Assembly: GCA_030141605.1 (NCBI GenBank)
Contig: JAQGDQ010000164.1
Span: 401,281 to 465,280 of the forward strand
DNA: 64,000 nt
DNA from: Tubiluchus corallicola
Taxonomy: Eukaryota; Animalia; Priapulida
Reading direction: 5' to 3'
Shown here: positions 12,530 to 24,104 of the stretch, piece by piece
How the letters are laid out: each line of letters opens with the position of its first letter
Numbering within the stretch: position 1 is the first letter of the stretch
The notes under the pieces: model-generated
Seen by the model: only the letters and a program-made list of their open reading frames with translations
Database searches by the model: none
Told to the model about the DNA's origin: nothing
Program-made: the position numbers and the translations under genes

Positions 12530-12655
12530 CAGACAATAGTAAAGGATCTCGTTGTTCTCCCTTTTTAACTTGATCTGATTCGCCAGTCAGTGAGCTTTCA
12601 TCTACCTTCAAATCGTTACTTTGTATAATTATGCCATCTGCTGGTAGAAGATCAC
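12530..12655 (-). CDS. PMCA: PMCA coding exon 4 (actuator domain, TGES motif)
   Basis: ttgtttag|GT GAT...TTG TCT G|gtaaat, 126 nt, phase 1-1. Translates [42 protein letters not shown], which contains the P-type ATPase TGES motif. Confidence 0.96.
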
Positions 12656-13205
12656 CTAAACAATGAAATATCTATCTTTAATAAACTGCCATGAACATAC
12701 TTAAAAAAAATAAAATAAAAAGTTCCTAACTAGTAGCAAGTTACACCTCAATAACCCATCAGTATCTACAAAACTGATTATATAAAAAACAAAATTATAC
12801 AATATACAAGGTAAATAGTGCAATTTTGATTCAAAATTTACAGTTTACGAAACCAAGGCTGTAGCTCGTCCACTACCAGTGAATGTAAACTCCTAAAAGG
12901 TAGAACAAACTTTGAGCCAATTTTACTCAATTTTTAAGCACCAATAAAAATTTTAAAATACCAAATAATGTCTTATCAAACCAAGAACTTAGGAACAATT
13001 TTCAAGTTCTGCTTCATAAAGAGTCATCTTTTCCTTTAATAAAATTATCATTAGTTAAGCATAATTGTTTAGCATGTTAAGTAAACAACAGGACGTTCGA
13101 CTTATCGAAATAACCTATAATTCACAGTATGTTATATACGACTTCCTTTATTGCTAATGCCTCTACCAACTAGTAACAAAATTTGGTAATGTAAGACATT
13201 TTTAC

Positions 13206-13442
13206 CATATTTGACCTGGCAGATGTCACCCACCACAATATCACCCACTTGTATCTGGACAGCCTCGCCGCCACGAATAACAGAGAATTTGTGTTCATGC
13301 TCAATCCTGCTCTGCAAGCCACGGAACTGCTTCTCTTTGGAATAGTCTGTAAATGCTGTTACTAGCACCACCACAGCCACAGAAATGAGAATAGCAGCAC
13401 CCTCTATCCATCCAGCCTCGCTCTCACCTTCCTCATGTCCAA
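13206..13442 (-). CDS. PMCA: PMCA coding exon 3 (TM2, start of actuator domain)
   Basis: tttgttccag|TT GGA...AAA TAT G|gtaaaa, 237 nt, phase 1-1. Translates [79 protein letters not shown]. Confidence 0.96.
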
Positions 13443-14279
13443 CTGGAACAAAGAAATTCTCAAAGCTCAAATGCAAAAAATTTGTTATTGAACAATCCTA
13501 GGGGTATCCTTACAAATCAAATCCCAGTTTCCCCACAAACATTTATATTGAGTAAGACTGATTAGTGACTGGAAATCTGTGAACTGTACAAAAACATTTC
13601 TTAATCGAAACATCAAAAATAGAAGTGGACATGGTGATATAGGGATTTGCATACTGCACGTTTTTCCATACAAAACAACACAATAAACAATTTACCATGT
13701 GTTATGATTACGATACTGTACTCATGATACCATGTCAGATGCCTATGTCGCAGTTTACTTTTTTGAGTACAAGTAAGCTAAGTAATATCATACAATGTCA
13801 ATAGCAACGCTTTTAAGATGCGAACTAGCACATTTAGCTTTGTACTTCAACCATATAGATCAACTCAGTTTTGTTTATTTACAACGTGGCGTTTTGCCAC
13901 CACATTGGCCGCATAAAGTGATATGTTATTCTTACAGCTTTAAGCGCTATCAGCCCCGATACCCTTCCGCTGCGAAATGTGACAGACGTACAGATAGGCG
14001 TTTAAACAACTGAGTTCGCATTTTCCTAGTAATAATGGTATTTGGCAGAAAAAATCAACACTATAAATTAGGAAAGGCAATACAAGGTGTTCCAAAAGAA
14101 AGGGTACACTAATAAATGCTATAATCACACCAATACAAAATGCAATGGGGAAGTGAAGTATATGGTAAGAAAATCGGAATAATCATAAAGCAAAAACATA
14201 GGCTCTTTTTATGAGCTCCGTCTGTCATATTTCACGCTGCTTCTGTTTGGAACATCTTGTACAAATCGTTTAAACTTAC

Positions 14280-14480
14280 ATTCGTCACCCAAGTCTGCAG
14301 GCGGTTTATAAAATGACAAGCCTAATGATATAACTGCAGCTATCTCTAATATTATTAGCGTGACGTCCTGTAGGGCTTCCCATACTAATTGTAAGAACGT
14401 TTTCGGCTTTTTTGGTGGAATAATGTTAGAACTGTAGACATGCCGCCTGTGTTCCAAATCCGACTCGGATCCGCTGAGGC
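14280..14480 (-). CDS. PMCA: PMCA coding exon 2 (TM1)
   Basis: tcttttacag|GC CTC AGC...GAC GAA T|gtaagt, 201 nt, phase 1-1. Translates (G)[66 protein letters not shown]. Confidence 0.96.
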
Positions 14481-14795
14481 CTGTAAAAGAAATTACAATA
14501 ATTTAAAAACCCAAAAGAAACATCTTGATTATCAGTAATAAAGTATGTAAATCTTAAGACGGAAAAACTCATCAACATTAAACTAAAATTACGATAATTA
14601 TTCGAATGTGCTTAATTTAAGAAAAACATAACCTATTTATTTTTAATACAATTCTGTATGGACAAGTTGGAAAGCACTCAAAGGCAGGGATCACTCAAAA
14701 TACATTTGCAGGGTCACCAAAACCTGGTTCATTATCAGACTGAATACAGAGTGAATCTATCCATACTTCTGCTGTGATTCCTTGTACAAAACTAA

Positions 14796-15390
14796 AGGAA
14801 AATACGACGATTTTTCATATCCTACCCCATTTTGAAGTACAGTAAGAAGTATACATTTTAACACCTATAATAATTCTAAAGCACTTCTGATAATTAAATA
14901 ATAGGTTAAAAGCTTAATTAATGGCGGACAAACATAACTAATGATGACATCACAAATGAACATAATTTTAAACAGCACAAAAATACCATGAGCATGTTGC
15001 ACGTGTTCACGAAAACAGAAATTGAAATATAGTGTTACTGTACAACATTCAATGTAATATACAAAAACTCCGCAAATTTTAAGTTTAAAATTCAAATTTA
15101 CCACTATGCTCACGAGCTCTTGAATGTGCGCACTACAACACAACTGAACATCTATGAACTGAGAGCTACAGCACCTGTTTTTAGTGCTACGCACTTCCGA
15201 GATGTAGGTCTTAGTGCCCGTCTAACTAGCAAATGGCAAAATGCATGTAACAGCGAAGAACTAGCTGTGCGAACTCAAAATTACATTTATTTCACATAAG
15301 TCATTCCTGAAGAAAATGGTATGTTGCCTTTCAATATTTTATAGGGTAGATTGTTTTGAGCTACATTTTAGGATTGGGTCCGGTTTTCCT
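14796..15390. mobile_element. TTAA-targeting non-autonomous DNA transposon (Kolobok-like), copy 1
   Basis: Starts (c)taa-AGGAAAA and ends gggtccggTTTTCCT-ttaa. It is homologous along its length to 27828-28377 (inverted) and ~30241-30738. Confidence 0.65.
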
Positions 15391-18300
15391 TTAATGTTCA
15401 ACTGTCAGTTTTAATCAAAACCACTGTAAACAACCATAAGAAAAATGTTTTACGTTCTGACACAGAAAAACTTTCACACTGCATAGGATGAAACGAAAGC
15501 ATTACAAGCGATACGGAGGCAGAATAGCACCACCTCATCCTTGCATTATTTCCATATGCATGCACATGCAATAAAATAATTTCGAAATGTCAACCTGTCA
15601 GTATATATTTGGCATCAACAAGAAAACAGTAATTGCACGTGTTGTAAGCCACTAAAATGAAAAATTCACAAAATTGCTGTGCAAGTGTAATCCAAACAAA
15701 AACAAAGTAAATAATATTTAAAAAAAAAACAGTGAAAATTTTCTTGCTGCATCCAATAATCAATTTTACCTCCTTTTGTTACTGTTGGTTTCATTAGTCT
15801 CTCTATTTTCACACAATTTACATACAGCTGCTTCACCTCTGTATTGTCGCACGAATTGTTTTATGTATATCGCACATGCACCTACGTTCCTTTTTCAAAT
15901 AATTAGCAACTAAAGTTAGCTCTTTATTGTAACCACTGTCCTTTTGCTTGTGATAAACTAAATGTTAGTGTCACTTAAGGTAAAAGTCACTGCAACAAGT
16001 CATCCATCAGTGGCACAAGTTTTGTATATATAGGTTGTCACTGACTTGGGCCGATTGGTCAGAAGATGAATTGGACACAAATCGGACCGGTATATTCAAG
16101 CGGTGCACCCCTACATGTAAGATGTTGTGTGTGTACGCATGCTAAGTATGACCTTGCCTACGAAATAGATGATCATTCAAATTTAGGAGGAAACATGAGT
16201 TACAGTTGGTTTTGTATTATTAATTAATTAAGTTGTGATCCGGTCGTAAGTTGTATAGGTCGTAAGTGGACAACCACCCATACAAAAAATTAGTTCCTGC
16301 TACTGATCATAACTGGAAACCCCAGGCAAGTGTTGGCCAAAGTACTGGTGGTAAAATAAGAAGAAATACTTCTATTCTACTCAATATGTTTTGATAGAAG
16401 CCACAAAAATCAACTAACGACAGCCTCCAACTGCCTAAATATTAAACAGGCTAAGCTCGCCCAGAGATAACACTTGGAACACTATACTAGGCTCTTGGCG
16501 ACTGAATTTTGCCAAACGGTTTAACTACTTGGTCATCAAGAAGCACACAGAAACTAATTAAAGTAAGTATGAGGCAAAGTACTACTTCGATTAAATCTTT
16601 TATTGATTGCAACTACCACAATAAACACTTTCTATCATAGTACATCAGCTTTTGAAATTAAAATTGGAGGCGCTAGTATTGGGAGATAATAAATTAACCG
16701 TTTTCATTTACATCGACAACCAAGTGGAAGTTATTCAACTCGATTCAATTCGAGTTAGGTTTATTCACATGCAAAACACCAGAAGCAACTTATACACTTT
16801 TAATGGGAAAGTTTTATCGAAAGGAAGCTAGTGGCTGATTCTGCATTGCGCTCATTAATTGCTGTCTGTGCGGATTACAGACGTTAAACCGGGTTTGATG
16901 AGACGGCAGACGACATCGGTTCAATTTATTTCTTCGTCAATAAAGCAGATGCAACAACAAAACAAAGTCATTGCCGCATTACGTTGGCAACATCTGCCAA
17001 ACTGCTGACCAAATCTAGTCGGTTGATGGCAATTACCTACAAGTGCACAGCAATAATATCTAGTTGTAGCCACTTTCTGCAAAGATTGACAAGAGCTAGA
17101 TCACAACATGGCCGTTTGCAGACAGAAAGCTAATGGCGGAAGGTCGTCACATTGACTGCTACAGAAAATTATACCATGCCTTGTGGAAGAATACACTATG
17201 GCAAAGAGCCAAAACACATAAAGGGATAAGCATTCATTCTAAAAAAACAGTCAATGCTAGGAGTTGGCTGCAATGTCTCTAGAGAACATGACAGTGTTAC
17301 TTGCAGAATGCAAAAGGCAGAAAGATAGTGTGCAATGTGTTACAAAAAAGAATATTTATCATTTATTCTGTGACACAGTCATTTGAATTGTCTAAATCAC
17401 AGTAAAGAACAGCAATGTCTGATCTAAACAATTTGCCGCTTTTACTGATGGTCGAGTCTCCCAAACAGTTGAGAGGAAGTTCAGGCAAATCCTTGGGACT
17501 GCCAAGTTCATCTTTTGTGATGCTAATTCCTGCCTGGAATTCACTCAAAGCTCTGTAGACCTTATCTATCTAGGAATCTCTGAATTCTGCTGGTCGTGTC
17601 TGTTCTCATCCGTAGAAATCTCATCACCTCTTCTGAGTAAAAGTTGAAGTACCTCAGTAGCACAAGTCATACTTAATGCACTCCCTTACTAACGGTGGAG
17701 CAGGGAAAAATTCCATCATTTGGGTCACTGCTTACCACACAGTTTCCTTTACAAACTGACCACTGGGCTGCTAGCATCCATCTTATTGAACATTTTCTTT
17801 AGCTCAGAGTGCCTTGCAAAATCGAAGGGCTTTTATGAAGATTAACTGAACATAGTGCGATGTTCTTTTGGCTTTTCCGCAATAATCCTCACGTTAAGCA
17901 TTCCATCTCTTGAGCTAATTTTGTTCAGAAAGTGCAAATGTTCAACAATAAACTGCTCTTCGTGAGAGCAGTGGTTAACATTTTCGTTTGTTTCAAAATT
18001 TTTGATGAGAACATAACCGAGCGAGTCATGTTGGTCACTCGTTCAACTCTAGAATCTGTCTTGAAGTTGGACGAAGGTGTTTAAGCCTTTGATGAGAACG
18101 TAATCTCTCTTGTGCTGTTGTGCTAACCAAAGTAACTTTTGAAAATAGCTTGTTTGAAAGTTAAATTTGGAAACAAAGACAACATTATTATTTACACATT
18201 TTCTGCTCCTGGCTCAACTATCAACACGGATGTACTGTATATCGCATGCTGTTGTTTACGTATCCACTATATCATAATGAAAACAACATGGAAAATGTAT

Positions 18301-21300
18301 TATTCCATCCACCATTATTCCATGCTAGGTATACACAAGTGCTCACACTCACATGTTAATATATTGACAGCATCGTTTATTCCATATCAATAATGTCGAA
18401 TAACAGTACATCTCTACATGAATGTTTTGCCCGAAATCAATAGGAAATTGCACTTCTTGATCTAAGGGCATGTAACCTTAAAACATACAGTTAAATGAAT
18501 TTAGCTACAACTCAAAAATGGTCAAACTAAAATAATTATGACTCCATTATTACTGTAAAGATAAACACTAAGAAAAACGTGATCAATTGACCAGGTAAAT
18601 TATCTGGAAACATAAGTTGAGGAAAAGGCACAGAAAAGATTTACGTCATACGGAATTAATTGAAAAACATACATTAATGGAGAATGGACTGCAAAAACTC
18701 ATTAAGATTTTCTTAATTAGTGCAGAAACCCTGCCAGTCATAGTCAGTTTTACCAGGCACGTAGAAAAAATAAGCACTAATGTCACGCAACCCGTGATCA
18801 TGTTGCCAATAGTTTGAATTGAAGCTACTCACTGAGAGGAAAAATTTACCCAATGCTGTTGTCATAGCAACCCTTCTAGTTTGAAGCTGCACATGCAGGA
18901 CTATTTCCTGTACAAATGAGAAAATCTAGACAGAAGGAAGAAATAAAGCTAATATTTAGACAGGATTTTGCTGAGAGAAAGACTTGAAGGTTAGAAACAT
19001 TGAGAAGGAAAACTGCCATGAATATCGAGATTTGCAATCAGAGGAATGGCTGTTCAAACAAGGCAGGATAAAATGCCTTTAATTAAATCTATCCCTTGCT
19101 GGGTATGAGTGGCGTTCCACGAAAACTGTACACGTGAGTTGAACAACTTGAGATAACCAATTAGGTTCCCTAGGAACACAACTAAGTAAAAGCTTCAGTT
19201 TAGAGGACCTGAGTTCTATTCTCCAGCAATGTGAAAGAAAATAAAACACAAAACAGGAGTCCAATTTATTAATCAGCTAGCTGCATGTGCATAGAAATGT
19301 TGGATAAAAACTAATATGCAGGTATATACCGACACCCATGTGCAGGGTGTTCCAAAAGAAACTGTACAATAGTAACAAGAAAAATCATGAGACAAACTTT
19401 AAGAAATGAATTTTCTGCATTTTGTAGAAAATTATCGCACAGCATCTTTATGTGCAGCACTGTTTCTTCCGATCACTCTGCATTGCAACAAAGATAAATA
19501 TGACAATAAAATATACTCTTATAAACTTTCAAACAGCATTCACTCCTCGCTGCAAAATGCAGAAGTTTTCTTCGGTATGGTCATATAAACCCAAAGAGTA
19601 GGTTCTACATTTGGCGTTATACAACAAGATCGTAGGGGTCTTATTATTACTCCACTTTTTGCCCTGACAATTGCGACAATCATCGCGGTATGCTTCGAAA
19701 AACAGATACCATTTGAAATCTCTGGTATGACCCAGCAGAGGAGCAGAACCCAAACCCCGGAATCAAAAGCAGGCACAGAACCGATTGAGTAATCATGTGT
19801 CGCAGTTACTGTTGTAGTTGTATGAAAAGTAATCAGCAGCAGAACTGAGGCATCTTAACTTCTACATGCTTGCCTTTACTGCATAAATATTAGGTTTTGT
19901 CCAGGTCATTTAACCAACCATGGTTAGCAGATCCTTAATGGATGATCAAAGGTAGCAAGTTCGACTCCCACACTGGCTGTTCAGATTTAGTATTGTTCTT
20001 AAGAAATGGCAGCTTGCTGCTTGCACAATGTCCTGATGACTTTGAGAGAAAGACCTGACGTAGAAAGAACAATGATGTCAAGTATATTAACCTGAGTGTG
20101 TGCACTCATGTAGTTCTGTCAGACTTGTAAGCCTGAAGTTTGGTCTCTATTAAAATGGACAGAACTCATCATCGGGTGAAAAAGAAGCAAAGTCATTTAA
20201 AAGAAGAAGCTGGAAATGCATAAGAATAGGCCTTTAGCGATTTTATACAATAGTTGTAATGATGACTTGATTTGTTTACACTGACAATCTGGAATGTCTT
20301 TCAAGTTCTGTCATTTCCGAGAATATGACCTTAGGAACTTACCATGCTCTTCAATTAGCTTAATTAGGTTAATTAAGGCCCTCTTCTCCAAACTATACAT
20401 GGACTACCAAAAAAATGTAACGAGAACAAATAAGGAAGAATCAATGGCAATCATACAACGTGAAGAAAGAGAAAGGAGATCAATGTCGGATTAACCGCAG
20501 AAGGTCCTAATTGGCTCAATCATAACAAAAAACATGACTGACAGAAAGCTGATGATCTTCTGAGGCTTTTAACATACCGAACGCTGATTGATTGACACAT
20601 TTATATAAATAAAAACATGGCACTTTCTCAAGAAATATCCAATCAAGTCGTATGTACACCTTGTAGGGGACGTTCATACTCGTGATTCGAATAAGTATAG
20701 TTAGTACTCTTTTCTGTAGTTATGCTCCGTACACTATTAGGACGCTACCTTATTTGTGTGATATGATTTTATATAAGAATGATGTTGTATGATATTAAAA
20801 TACACAAGTTTGATATGATTTGGCAACACTGTCTGTTTTCAAATTAGATTCCGGAAATTTCTTCATATTTCACGCATATATACTACCCAGTTTTGACAAT
20901 TACATTTTCTTATTAGACATCCAAGTGTAATTAAAAACATCGTTAAGATCTGACAAGACAGAGCAAACAGGAAAGCGAGAACCAGAGTTGCAACACTTGA
21001 CTTCGGACAAGCTCCAGCCTGGGTTTTGCAAGCAAAACACGAAGCTAGAAGCAGACTAACTAAGTATGTAAACAGAGAAATGTTATAAGCAAACAAGGCC
21101 ACCATAAAGAATTGACAACTGTGAGAGACAGAAGCCTGAAACTGGGAGGATTTGTTGTGAAGTGAAGTTGCAAAACTGTTGAATTTAATTCATTTCCTAA
21201 CAGTATGTAAGAAAAATAAATAAAATTTTAAGACGAAGTAAATGTAATGCAAAACAAGGATATTCTGACCTTTTCAAAAACAACAAATTTTGCCTTTGCC

Positions 21301-21795
21301 TATTTGAACAATAAGTAGATGACATAGTATTTAAGAGTACAATACGTTTTGCAGATTAGAAATGTTACAGTTCTTATAATAGTAAGTTATAAAAATTACA
21401 AAAGTAAATTTTGCTTAAATTGACAAAACAAGATTATCAACCAAAGACAAAGTACATTTTTCAAAGCACACATTTTAGTTATACCCAATAAAGTTTATTA
21501 AGTAAATTTACAAAAAATCAGATTTTGAAATACAAAGTCAATAAAATGAGCTTCCACATCCAGACATGTACAGAAACTTACAGTACTTCTGCTGATTCAA
21601 ACGTGCTTTTTACGTTTGGAGTAGAACTAATATTTTTCCATTTTCGTTACTTGAAAATGGTTGCTATATATTATACTAACCGTTATTTTTCACTTTTGCA
21701 TTTTTCCCTCTCTGCCTCTCAAACATATGGCACAAGGATACAACAAAACAACCAGATCATACAAATATGGCCATAGCCGCCATGTGCAAAAAATA

Positions 21796-21822
21796 TGACG
21801 TCACATTTTGGAACTGACGTCA
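21796..21822. promoter_or_regulatory. Two full CRE palindromes (TGACGTCA) 19 bp apart
   Basis: TGACGTCA occurs at 21796-21803 and 21815-21822, with a TTACGTCA variant near 21889-21896. Function is untested. Confidence 0.35.
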
Positions 21823-22039
21823 CATAAAAAAATGAATTTCGGCAATTCATGCACAACGTATTTTTGCTACCATCATGCAAAAAGTTTTTTACGTCATGTT
21901 AAAAAAATGCCCGCACTTGACTTTTTATAACACATCAGAACAAAAACAAACAACTGACAAAATCCTCATCATTACGATGCGAGTGGTCATTTTGTAAAAC
22001 TGACACTTCAACACAGGACAGGAATTGTTATAGGCACTG

Positions 22040-22354
22040 AAAAACTAAACCCAGTGATCAATGTGTATGAAGTTTTTTCAATGTAATTACTAAAACTAAA
22101 ACCCTGTGATCAAGGTGTATGAAGTTTTTTTCAATGTAATTACTAAAACTAAAACCCAGTGATCAAGGTGTATGAAGTTTTTTCAATGTAATTACTAAAA
22201 CTAAAACCCAGTGATCAAGGTGTATGAAGTTTTTTTAAATGTAATTACTAAAACTAAAACCCAGTGATCAAGGTGTATGAAGTTTTTTTAAATGTGATTA
22301 CTAAAACTAAAACCCAGTGATCAAGGTGTATGAAGTTTTTTCAATGTGATTACT
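22040..22354. repeat. ~52-53-bp tandem repeat, 6 copies
   Basis: Unit aaaactaaaacccagtgatcaaggtgtatgaagttttttcaatgtaattact, starting at about 22040, 22092, 22145, 22197, 22250 and 22303. Confidence 0.95.
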
Positions 22355-23947
22355 ACTAATCAATGTAATTGCTACTAATTACATCATACCGTGATGTCAT
22401 GTCTCATATACTATCATTACCATAAAGAAAATAACTGCATTGCAGAGTACTACAGAGACAAATGGTTTAATTTTATTATTGACACTTCCTGTTCATTCAA
22501 TGTCACTCTCCTACAATTATTATCACTAGATTTTATACGGCCATAATTGTAGGCTCGAAATCAATGAGTTGGTCAATATTATTCCACGATTACTGACTGT
22601 GAATGGAAACAATAATAACCAATGCAAACATTCCGTTGCGAGATTTTGCGGGGGGAAAAGAAAAATCAACTTTTGGCGGAAAACAAATAAAATAGAAAAT
22701 CAGTTTCACATTATTAATTAATTCATCTGTGAAAATAGCAATGCTGTTTAAATAATAAAATCAATTGTCAGGTCTCCCTAAGTGAACAAAGTATGGTCTA
22801 GATCATACATGAAGTTACCCATTTTTGTTTTAAAAATGAAGAAGGATACATAGGAAAGTATCATTTTGCCACATTTTGTACTGCACTTTAGCTAGACATA
22901 CATGTATATAAGTCAGTACACCGTACTTGTAAACACAGAATTGTCTATGTAGGCTACATTTACATTGCAAATGGGAATGCAGTCAAGGACATATCCCTAC
23001 TATATCTCATAAGTTCGTGTAGTTAAATGTATAAACAAACACTATATCGAGTGTATACATACAATATTTATTCTCATTACAAAAGTATGCAGGCCTAGCT
23101 ATCAACGAAAAAATCCAATTTTCCATTTTTAAGGCTTATTTCATGACCTTTTTAATGCTCATTTTTAAAGATTGTCGGCATTGCTTTGATTAGCGACGGG
23201 ACGATACCAAAATTTCTAACGATTTTCTTAGTGATTCAGATTCCGATTCCTGGATGAATATTATTTTACTGTAAAAGTTTCTCTAAAGTGGTGATACTCG
23301 AAAGTTTCAATATTGTAGTTTGAAAAGTTAATACTTAACGTTATGAGCACAACAGTATAGTGACAGAAAGTATTATATTGTTGATTTTGTCTTGAATTGA
23401 CTCAAGTGAGTTTGAAAATTTCAGGGCAGCAACAATTTCACGAAATAAGAAGCCAGAAGAAAAATCCTGTATTTATAAGCAGCTATTCTAGCGTTACGGA
23501 TGTCTGGTCTGACACTATGAGAAGCACCGAAAATCGAGTAGGGCCTATCAATCTACGAACAAAGTTATTAGCATTTAGAAACCAGTTGCGAGAATTGCCG
23601 AGAACATCAAGTGAATCTCCATAGTAGTATAACGTCATTTTGGGAACGACTGTGTTTCTATACTTTGTTCAAATACCATCTTTGGCAAGCTTTTTAAAGG
23701 CTAAATATGCAAATGACTTTGATGGTCAGATTCAAACTCATGAAGTAAGAACTCAGACTTAGAACCGGACTCAAATAGAGAAGATTTGGGCAGTTAGACT
23801 TCACTGGTAAAAATATACATCCCAATGCTGTTTTGCATCATGTTTATTTCTTGAAATCACTTAAACAGAAATCACTCAAAAAACTGAGTAAAGAGAAAAA
23901 CGATTATTATAATTGGCCCAAGTAATATGATAGTTAACGATAAATAC

Positions 23948-24104
23948 CTTCATTCGGTGATGTGTAGAGTTTTTTACACAATTCTTGCACACCTCCGTAC
24001 GATTCTTGTATCTTTTCGCATGCCTCAGCTCCCCGAAGCTCCATTAAATCTTGGAGCTCCTTCACAGTCACCCCGAACTGCACCGATTTGCTTTCTTCCA
24101 CCAT
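23948..24104 (-). CDS. PMCA: Plasma membrane Ca2+-transporting ATPase, first coding exon (exon spans 24131-23948 including 27 nt of 5' UTR)
   Basis: The minus strand reads acceptor ttcaattttttag|, then ATG at 24104. It translates [53 protein letters not shown]| and ends at donor AAG|gtattt (phase 1). This is a typical PMCA N-terminus (LMELRG, YGGV..LC.KL.TSPNEG). It is absent from the ORF track because it is under 60 aa. Confidence 0.95.

Noticed and set aside
19915-19980. tRNA gene
   Set aside because: Only degenerate A and B boxes (tggttagc, gttcgactccc) are present, with no intact cloverleaf. It is treated as SINE debris, like 436-510, 1772-1845 and 45363-45428.
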